From Bugula neritina (Eukaryota; Animalia; Bryozoa): a stretch of DNA of 64,000 bases. This document shows positions 54,401 through 64,000 of the stretch, piece after piece (position 1 is the first letter of the stretch; the number at the start of each line of letters is the position of its first letter). The notes under the pieces were generated by a model. The model was given only the letters and a program-made list of their open reading frames with translations, did not search any database and was not told the DNA's origin. The position numbers and the translations under genes were made by a program. The stretch covers positions 248,001 through 312,000 of the forward strand of contig OZ037772.1 of assembly GCA_964035545.1 (NCBI GenBank). The letters run 5' to 3'.

Positions 54401-57400
54401 TCTTATATAATTTCTCAAGATTAGTTACTAAACCAGTTCTGGTTTGTATGTAGAATATTATTGAAAAGAAATGTTGAGTCTGTGTGACTTTTTATACTAA
54501 ACACACAGTTTCACAGTGCAGTGAGTCAACTATGACAGACTTGTTGGTGAAAATACAACCAACTAAACTGTTGACCTTTATTATACAGAATCACAGGGAG
54601 CTGATGGGAGATAGACATCAGTTTATTGACATTGAGGTCTACAGAGCTTCTCCCCAAAGATATACTATCACTGAATGTGAACATCATAAAGAGGAACAGC
54701 TGACAGAAGTGTGTTCCAAGTGTCACCAGATATTCTGTATGAGATGTGATATGAGGACTGGCTGTAAGGATAAGACAGGTATTTACTTGCTGTTTCTATT
54801 TCTGTAGAAAGAAACTGGGAAATATTACAAGAACCTGTTTATTATTTTATTATTAAAGTGAGTTATGCAACAGTAAAAGAGGAAGTCAGTTTGTCAGCAT
54901 TAGGGTTTGTGTGAGACAGAAGTGGATAGTGCAGGAGTTGATATTCTCACTGTTATGTTGAATATTTAATATATTTCATCCTTCAAGTGTCTGTTTCCTT
55001 GATAAGATGGTATAGGCATAGCTTTAACTCAGTGGTGTCTCACCTTCTTCATACCATCCTCCTTTTTATGATTATTTTCTATTAAGTTTTCCGCCTTTTT
55101 GATAAAATTGTAATTTCATTTATAAAGAAAATCTGGGACAGGTTGTTTTCCTAATAATTCATTGAATGTAGAAAAAAGCAGCTAGAGTAGAGTGAATATT
55201 AGACACATGGATGTAGAAGTAAACTTAGATTGTAGAGTGTAATGTGGATAAATAAATGAACTACATAAAATGAAGGAGTTATAATTATACATATTCATGT
55301 AACCTGGAACACAAGGCAAGAGCTCAAAAAGCTGGTAACAAACTCTGTGAAATTTTAGAAATGAAAACCCCTAAAAAACTCAAATTTCCTGTGAAGGGGA
55401 AATTCCCCAAGGTTGAGAGCCACTGCTTTAATTTTTTCAACTATTTCATTCCAAGTGCAGTGATTAATGAGCTAACCTCTGACATCTTTCTAGTCCAAGT
55501 TCAACTGTCTATAGTTATTACATAGTATGTGTGTAGTGATACATCATCAACCTGTAGGTACAAGTAGCAGGTGTAGAATAAGTACAATATCACATCTATA
55601 ATAATGTTTTTATAAATAGTGTGATTTTATGTATACAGAGGAGACAGTAGCATCCCATGACTTGGCATCTTTGAGTGATTTGTCTTGTGAGTTACGAGAA
55701 AGTCTGACTGGTGGAATAGAGACTCTGTCTGAGAAAGTTGCAAAGTTGAATGACATCTCAAAGGATGCCTGGAAAGAACTGAGTAAAATAGAAGATGAAG
55801 TGAAGAAGATGGTTGCCAGAGTAAACGCTGTAGCTGACGCTCAGGTATGCTGACATGGTGATGCCATGTAATATTATTTCTGTTTGTCTGAAATTGGAAT
55901 TTGCATTTGGTCTTTGAGTTGTAATCAGAAATGAATTTCATTTGCCACTAGAATTAACTGGCCATTAAAGTATTATCATTCTGTGTACAAGTAGCAGTAG
56001 TCATTCATCACATGTTACTCAGTGCAGAGGAACCTGTCAATACAGATGACTCACTCATCCTTCTGCAACTGTCAATCACTCACACACAGAGGTTGGCTGG
56101 GTGAGTGATTGACAGGTGTCAGGAGGAGGAGACTAGTCACGTGATGTACTAGCTCTCTGCTGTGTATAGAGTGTCACGTGACTGAGTCATTGTCCACTCA
56201 GTGGGTGATCTGTCACTTTCATTTCCAGTGTAGAGGTTGTGAGGTACAGATGTGGTTACACTGTGTTACTATTTATTAGATAGAAAAGATTAGAAAGAGA
56301 GCTACAAACCTGAGGCTAGAAATATATGGATATTTGAAGAGCTGCACACAGATAGTGGATAATTATAGAATAGAGCTGGCCTTGAGTAAGACAATGGGCA
56401 GACAGTCTCTGCTGGACACAGTACAACATGCAGTTGATAAGTTCAATGATGCAGGGATTGTGAGAGACTACAAAGAGCTGAGTGAGAAGGTGGAAAAGGC
56501 GTCAGATATTGGTGTAATAGAGAAGTGTGTACTTCCAGACAGCATCTTGTTACCAACATGTAGGTGGAGTCTATAAATAGTAACACTAACTATAAATAAC
56601 TTTCTGCTTGTAATCATGTGAGTTGTTTTCACTGAATATTTGAATAGTAGAATAAGTAGATAGAGTTTATTTATTAGAGAATTGAGTTTTGTTCTACTCT
56701 CACATTATGAGACATTTCTGCAGTGTTTCAGAGTTTATGGTGTATAAGTGAGCTGCTAAACTGTGTTATGCTGACTACCTGCTGTCAGTATTAACAAGAT
56801 ATTCTCACTTAGACCTGTGCATCACGTAGCAACTTGTAGTAACTACAGACTGCTTGTATTTAAAACATTTTTTTATTTCAAGTTTGAAAAGCTGTTCCCT
56901 ACTTCTTCAGGTGATGAGATTCTCAAGTTATAGAATTGTTATTTTGTTGTTCCAGTCAGTGAAGACAGTCTGGGACTGAAGCTGCTGCAGCCACCATCTT
57001 CTCTCCAGTCTGATGGACTTCCTGTACGTGACTGGTGTACCTCAGTAAACATCTCAGCTGATGGACATCTCATGTGTCGGACACTAGAAGGTGTAGAAGT
57101 AATAAATAGAGACACTCTGGATACTATCAGCCCAGTGAAACGCACCAACATTACATGGTGGGGGGAGATAATCCAACCTGAAGGGGTGATGGTTGGCATC
57201 TGGTATAACATAGAGGAGAAAACAGCTGAAGTCTCACTTCTTGATCCGAACTCCTTTGAGAAGACTCGCTCCCTCTACAAGCAGCCATTAGGTGTACCTG
57301 CTTACTATAGAATAGCTCAGCACGACTCACTGCTCTATATTGTAGACATGATAGAGAATCAGCTGGTTGTCTGTAACCTAGTTGACAATAAAATACAGAA

Positions 57401-58776
57401 GTTCCCACTTCCTGAGATGGAGTACCCTCTACCTGTATGCATCCTCCCAGACTCATCTCTCCTCATTGGAGACCGTGCTCCAGATGGTAAAGTGAGAAGA
57501 TATAAAGTGGAGAACACAACTCTCACTCTAATGTGGGAGTTACCTCACATCTCATTCCCAACTGGTATTTCCTTTGATCCAACATCTGAACTGATTCACA
57601 TCTGTACAGGGAAAGGACCTCTCTTCATCCTCTCACTTGAAGGTAAATACTCTGTTTATTATAGTAAGTTTAGTTATTTTATATATAATTATGTTGTAGT
57701 AAATAATGTATTTTAATAATTAACAGTAAACAACTTCCACTCATAAGATATATTATGACATTGTTAGTATTTATCAAGTCACTGATGTTATTTTTAGCTA
57801 AAAGTTATGTAATAAAGACTGTAACATGCTGACAGTAGATGTTATATTATTCAACACATGACTTGTAGCTAATAATAATATTAGTGAATAATACTGCCTC
57901 CCTGCAATGAGTTTATTTCCAGCTGCAGTAACATGCAGGATGTAAGCACAGGTAGAAGTGTATATTATACTGTATAGGTTTAAGGTGTACTCTGTGTAGT
58001 GTGCAGTGAGCTCTTAGTAAACTCTCTATTCAGTCTTCCTTTCCAAGGGTTCACCTGGTAAAGTAGAGGATAGGGACTCCACACTGCTGAGTGAGTTGGT
58101 GCTGCAAGGGGTTCAAACCCACCTATCAGCATGTCTAGTTAGTATACTATGCAAGTGTTTTACAGTAGTTTTAGAAGTGCTCAGTCTAACAACTGTACAG
58201 ACTGCCAGCTACACATGAGTTATAAGTTGTAGTTTGGCTTCAGTCTAGTGCTGCTGTTGTTTTGGTCATCAGATAATTTAAATGTACATAATTTGATACT
58301 TTTTGACTGCCATTACTGAGACTATGTAATTTGATGATGGCTGGTAGAGCAGTGTTTGCTGGTGGGACTCAGGTGGCTGTGGTTGGTTCTTGTCAAGTAT
58401 TTAATATGTGATAATGTTGGAGTAGCTGCAGTAGTATTAGAAGTAGACATGTGGGTGTGTTCTTGCTCAGAGCCACAGGCTAAGTTTATGGGTCAAGGTC
58501 AATATTGTTGTATAACGAGACACTGTTTTCTATTTGAGTATTTACTTCATGCATGTAACCTGCTTAGTTCCATCTTTAAAGGCAGTCTGTCTGTTTCTCT
58601 CAACACACACCAACTGATACAATATGATGCTATTATTTACAGGTCAACTGGTGCTTACTGTTCCCAGAGAAAGTCTTGGTGTGAGTGACGTGGTGTGGGA
58701 CATTGCTGTGTATAACAGAGACACTGTGTTTCTAGCATGTGGAGATGGACTGAGGAGATACACAATAAAATACTAA
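51447..58776 (+). CDS. TRIM E3 ubiquitin ligase (RING, B-box1, B-box2, coiled coil, NHL/SGL-like beta-propeller), 619 aa; exons 51447-51628, 54211-54391, 54589-54778, 55639-55844, 56280-56559, 56956-57642, 58643-58776
   Basis: All introns are GT-AG and the phases match, giving 1860 nt open to TAA. RING C3HC4: CGYC..PRTLPCLHVYCMRC..CAYCR. B-boxes: CDVC..AAVFCLESQKKLCQQH and CEHH..VCSKCHQIFCMRC. Propeller repeats: PLPVCILPDSSLLIGD, PTGISFDP. PolyA signal AATAAA near 58954. Confidence 0.93.
51936..52447 (+). mobile_element. hAT (Charlie-like) MITE in TRIM intron 1
   Basis: 16-bp TIR cagtggttcccaacct / aggttgggaaccactg; TSD only partly preserved. Confidence 0.8.
53443..53785. mobile_element. Young PIF/Harbinger (Tourist-like) MITE in TRIM intron 1
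   Basis: Perfect 70-bp TIRs (53443-53512 / 53716-53785) starting gcctagggccacac; 3-bp TSD TTA on both sides. Confidence 0.92.
55030..55425 (+). mobile_element. hAT MITE, same family as 51936, in TRIM intron 3
   Basis: TIR cagtggtgtctcacctt / aaggttgagagccactg; 8-bp TSD ctttaact / ctttaatt. Confidence 0.8.
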
Positions 58777-59500
58777 ACTTATCAGCTACAGCTGACTAAT
58801 AATCAGCTCAGTGAGGTGCTGAGAGATAAAATGGATAATATTTGTCATCAACATAGTTATATTCATTACAATTCATCAATACACACACTCTGTAATTATA
58901 GTTGGATATGAGATGTTTTACTGTATCAAATATATGTTGCTATTTTACCATCTAATAAAGTTTATTTGTTAGCGAAAACATAGTCTGTTTTCATGCCTCA
59001 TTAGCTTTAGTTCAAGTTGAGTTCGGTTAGTAAAAATAATCTATACTGGAGCAGTAACTGTAAATGACTTGTTTGTGGGAGAATTTATTCACTGAATTGA
59101 CATGCAGGTGCAAGTACCTCCAACATGACTAAGTAAATTTATTCCAACCATTCATAATAATATACATTCCATTGCTGTGTACAACAGCATTGAGTAGCCA
59201 ATCAAATTGTTTCTTGTCACGCAATCAGGAATCTGATAAATAATATATAAGGCAATCAACTAGATATAAACACTGTATTACTCTACACATGAGCTGTCTA
59301 TGATACAGCTGTTTTGTAAACTGTGTGTAATTTGATGAGTTTAGTTCAATTGGTTGCAGTTTAATTATGACATGTTCCCCATTCACTTGGTAGAAATACC
59401 TTGTGTGCACAGACAAGTTGTAATGACTAACAGAAACTTTTTCAGTAGGTTCCAGTTCATCTTGAATATAATAGTACAGCTTGTTGTCATTTGGTCTCCA

Positions 59501-59889
59501 TAGTATTGATGGTACACTACCTTGTTTGGCCTCAATAGTATTGATAGTATACTACCTTGTTTGGCCTCAATAGTATTGATGGTAGACTACCTTGTTTAGC
59601 CTCACTAGTATTGATGGTACACTACCTTGTCTGGCCTTAATATTATAGATGGTATATTACCTTGTTTGGCCTCAATAGTATTGATGGTATACTACCTTGT
59701 TTGGCCTCAATAGTATTGGTGGTAGACTACCTTGTTTGGCCTCAATAGTATTGATGGTATACTACCTTGTTTAGCCTCAATAGTGTTGATGGTAGACTAC
59801 CTTGTTTGGCCCTAATAGTATAGATGGTACACTACCTTGTTTGGCCCTAATAGTATAGATGGTACACTACCTTGTTTGGCCTCAATAGT
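59501..59889. repeat. 35-bp minisatellite (about 11 copies)
   Basis: Unit tagtattgatggtacactaccttgtttggcctcaa; contiguous, with no spacers. Confidence 0.95.
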
Positions 59890-61873
59890 CTTGCTAACAG
59901 CACAACTTACAAGATTCAACTAATTTAACTTGTTGAGATTTACATGAATATAATACATATGAAATGTGAAAATAGCATTAAAAGTCAAGCAAGGAATTCA
60001 CATGTTGACACAATTATATACTTTCACTTGAAGGTAAGCTTGATGAACCAATATGAACTGCTCACAGAGTTTACTGTGTAGGATTTGCACCTAGAATATT
60101 TAGTTACATCAGAGCTAAGTGAAAAATCTAACAGTTGATTTATTCTGTTGAAAGTTAATGTGTTGAGTATTGATCTTATTACCCAACTTCACCCTTTTTA
60201 CTGTAGAGTTTGTTGATGTAAGTTCACTTAATTAAACTATCCTCATGCAAGGGGTGGGGGTGGAATATTATTGTGAATTTATGCTTTACTTGTTGTTATT
60301 ATAGGGTCTATTTAGGCAAAGCTATTTCACCAGGTTTGTGATTGCTAACACTTTATTCTATTTATTTCAAGATACTAATAAAACTGTACAACTATCAAAA
60401 ACACGTTCCATAATAAAAGAGAGAATATACAAGACTTTACAATAACAATTCCAAGTGCTCTCTGCCTGCTAGTCAAATAGACTAGGGCCGACTACAAGTA
60501 TTCAGCTCCGCCTACTACTAATTATTAACAGTCACTGATTGGCCATCACGATGGCACCATCACACTAGTTGATCTGCATGCTGCAAAATGCATCATGTCC
60601 TCTAGTTAAAGTGTTAAAGTGTGGAGTTATCATTTCGATATAATAACATAATATACAAAATCTCTGCAATATGCCATCTGGGATATCTGTATGATAAACT
60701 TAACTAATCAACTAGCAGCATCTTGGTTATTCAATGAAATTATCAAACTATATTATTTAACTGTAACATTAACCTAGTGAAACCTCTTATCTGTTCCTCC
60801 TATTCACTAATCATCAAATTATTCTCCTCTACCAAATCAATACATTGTGCAGACTCCATATTCAATCTCCTCTACATACAGTTTATATTCTAGCTATCAG
60901 AGTCATGATTCTACATCACATGAATGTTCTCTACTTTAACAAGAGAATAGCCAACTATAAAAACCTGCTATAGCACACAATATAGCAACCTGTTATAAGA
61001 TGACATACAGTACATCAATATTCATTCACTACACAAAATATCTCAATACACATAACAACTGGAGCTGCTGAAGTTCAATGGCTTATACAAGTTGAATTGA
61101 ACAAAACACTACGTTGTTCTTCAGCATATCAACTAGTATGAGTAGTGTGGAGAGATCTTTTATATATATATAAACTTGTGTTTGAAGGAAATATTAAATT
61201 ATATTATTCCTCTTAGTATCACATGTAGCATGAATATCAACTTATAGTTAGTGAGTTACTAGAAGTTTCTTTGTAACGGAAACCAGTCCGGGTTCCCCTG
61301 CAGTTCCATCTCAACGAGTCTGGCCTGAGCTGAGGTCACCGCATGATGACATCATTCACTAGGTTCTTCTTGGTGTCTGGAAGTTTTCCACCAGTTACTC
61401 CAGTGACTGAAAATGAAGTACTAATACCAGTGACTCGGTCTCAAACTTACTTACTGAGTCATTGTGATTATTAGTTGATGACTTAATGTTTTAGTGAAGT
61501 TATAGTTATAGTTAACTTATAGTCCTACTGACACTAATAGCTAATGTGCCATTCAGTCTCATCTTCATTCTCAGTAATTGTAATACTGATATTAAGACTA
61601 ACTAACGCCTAATGCTAAGTTCAACTACTAATTATTACACTACTAGTACTACTACTACTACTAGAAGTAGTGGTGGTGGCGGTAGCGGTAGCAGTAGTAA
61701 TGGGAGTACTAGTAGTAGTAGTAGTATTAGTAGTAGTATGACAGCGCTTCTTCATAGGATCTGCCAGTCACCCAGTAGTTGTTGTCACTAAACTATGTCA
61801 AATATATAGAGGTTAAAAGGTCACTAAACTATGTGAAATATATAGAGGTCAAGAGGTCACCAGACTATCACCA

Positions 61874-62032
61874 ACTTTCCATGTACCGATCTCAGATCGA
61901 TCTCAGCGAGATCGATCCATGGGAAGATGCCAAAGATCGATCTCCGTCGATCTGAGCTGGTCGGTCTGTGGAGCTCGAACTCAGATCGATCTCATGTCAA
62001 TAAGACCATGGAAAGACACCAGATCGATCTGA
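61874..62032. mobile_element. Probable MITE fragment with repeated palindrome AGATCGATCT
   Basis: At least five gatcgatc palindromes; ctttccatg / catggaaag inverted pair. Confidence 0.4.
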
Positions 62033-62318
62033 GAAGTAGAAAAAGACTGCGTGCTACAATGTTGTCTGCTAATAAAAATGATAACTTATTGATAATTACT
62101 AAGCAAAGTAATAAATAATTGTGATAGCCGCCTTTTCAGATGCCAAAACTTTGACTTTCAGTACAATGATTAAGAAAACTCAATTATATGCAGAAGAAGG
62201 TAAAAAAAAATGGGAGAATTTAAATTGAGTTCAAATGACTATATTAAAACTCAGTTTCATAAGCTATTTCCTTTGTAATTTTAAGCCTAACAGTCCTGTA
62301 AGTTTATTAATAATCTGC

Positions 62319-62579
62319 AAGGGCCACACCCACTCCCGAAAGGGCCACACCCACTCCAGAAAGGGCCACACCCACTCAAGAAAGGGCCACACCTACTCAA
62401 GAAAGGGCCACACCCACTCCAGAAAGGGCCACACCCACTCCAGAAAGAGTCACACCCACTCCAGAAATGGCCACACCCACTCCGGAAAGAGCCACACCCA
62501 CTCTAGAAAGGCCACACCTACTACAGAAAGGGCCACACCCACTTCAGAAAGGGCCACACCCACTTCAGAAATGGCCACA
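62319..62579. repeat. 21-bp minisatellite (about 12 copies)
   Basis: Unit aagggccacacccactccaga. Confidence 0.92.
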
Positions 62580-62695
62580 TTAGAGGGAATTCATAGTTTA
62601 TCAACATAAACATAGTCTGTGGTAAATATTAGGTCTGTGCTAAACCCACTTGCTTTCTGTAAATAACACCAGACAAAATGAAGAATGACTCATAC

Positions 62696-63712
62696 CTCAG
62701 CCTTAGGTTGCCCCTGGATCTGCACAAAGTAGGCTGGTATTCTGTGCCCCCACCATAGCTGTCTGGAGATACACCAGCCCTTGGAGTTCCTCAGCCATTT
62801 GTACCAAGTGACTGTGTGATAGTCTGGTATGATCTTTAGCTTGCCTGATTCTACTACCTGCAGTATACATACTATGCTATAGATATACTATGCTATAGGT
62901 ATACTATGCTATAGATATACTATGCTATAGATATACTATGCTATAGATATACTATGCTATAGACATACTATACAGTACTAATATATATACTACACAGCAC
63001 TAATATATTATATACTATACACAGTACTAATACATATACTATACAGTACTAATATATTATATACTATACATAATATATAATACAAGTACCTCTACAGCCT
63101 TGGCTGCCATATCGTCACATGCCACATATCACTGTGGTTTGGGTATCGGCTCAATGATATCTTTAGATCGACTATAACACAAGAGAACACAGTGTAGAGG
63201 TCATTGTTAACAGACAGACTCACATAGTAACAGTTCAACTCAACAGCATTGTAAAATATAGTGGATATGTTAATGGAGCTATTCTTTAGGAGAACAAGAG
63301 AGGACAACTTCTATTACATTGAGATCTGCAGCTATGAGTCATTTTACTTAACTTAATACACAAAGCTATATACCTTTAGCTTTTAGCTATTGTTCACAGT
63401 TGAGCTGCTAATTCAACATTTTAATGTAAGAAACTATACACATTAGCAGCTAAACTGTGAAAAATAGCTAAGAACCAGATATATGGTGTGTACTAAACTA
63501 AGTAAAATGACTCACAAGTAAACATGACCAGGAAAAGTTCAGGATCTAACTGGACGTGTATGAAGAAAATGTAGAAATCTAACAAGTTGGGATAAAATTG
63601 TAGAGAGAAGACGACTCACCTACATACAGGAACTACCATAGGGTTGTCTTCCTTTCCTTTGTATAGCCCCAAGTCTTCCAACCTTCTCTGAACAGCTTTA
63701 CAGGCATCAAAC
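62696..63712 (-). pseudogene. VARS1: Valyl-tRNA synthetase pseudogene fragment; exons 63620-63712, 63090-63171, 62696-62857
   Basis: [41 protein letters not shown]...[34 protein letters not shown]; TGA at the conserved PQWY Trp (63129-63131); no downstream exons found. Confidence 0.9.
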
Positions 63713-64000
63713 CTGCACATGAAACTTACATGGAGTAAAAATTGCTAATAGACTCACACCTGTCACCTGCTCACACCTGTCACATGCTCACACATGTCAC
63801 CTGTACACACCTGTCACCTGTACACAAATGGTATTAAACCACTAAAACCTATGTAGATCAATATTTTCTTGCTATTAAGTTGAGTAATTGTGAAACAGCC
63901 AAAATAGGAAAATAAGACCTTGTAGTGCAGTGAGCAAGGCAAGTTCAAGCCATACAACTTTAACATGTTGCATTACAGAAGAAAGATCTGCTCCATTTTG

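Noticed and set aside
59501-59889. 35-bp repeats as a CRISPR array
   Set aside because: Units are contiguous with no unique spacers, there are no cas genes, and the context is eukaryotic
62235-62609. His-rich (KGHTHSR)n ORF as a metal-binding protein
   Set aside because: Stop-free 21-bp minisatellite next to the ValRS remnant; the frame shifts mid-array and there is no splice support
63129-63131. In-frame TGA as selenocysteine or an alternative genetic code
   Set aside because: The position is a conserved Trp, other Trp codons are TGG, additional lesions are present and no SECIS was seen

Overview
AT-rich, intron-containing animal (invertebrate) genomic DNA, not prokaryotic: no CRISPR array, rRNA or operon is present. 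Two genes look intact. One is the 3' half of a fibrillar collagen alpha chain (+, 13 exons, 254-4690: Gly-X-Y helix, C-telopeptide, COLFI C-propeptide). The other is a complete 7-exon TRIM E3 ligase (+, 51447-58776, 619 aa: RING, B-box1, B-box2, coiled coil, beta-propeller). Most of the rest is a mosaic of decayed, partly duplicated gene pieces: a coiled-coil gene, a TRIM exon, SPOP, a motor-less KIF14, a second copy of the same collagen with Cys-rich exons upstream, and valyl-tRNA synthetase. These are interleaved with transposon relics: Penelope-like elements, Mag-type Gypsy gag, an EnSpm-like end with a DUF4806 gene, hAT and PIF MITEs, and many mini/microsatellites. Most notable observations: (1) two minimal type I hammerhead ribozymes (16883-16927 and 17594-17631) at the 3' ends of two different Penelope-like elements stacked in a (TA)n tract; (2) a collagen C-propeptide lacking both interchain cysteines C2 and C3, in a gene with non-54-bp split-codon exons and a probable GC-AG intron; (3) EB/Dumpy-like Cys-rich exons that are splice-phase compatible with the collagen pseudogene, hinting at an unusual N-propeptide. 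All exon models were built by eye and family assignments come from recalled sequence motifs, not database searches.
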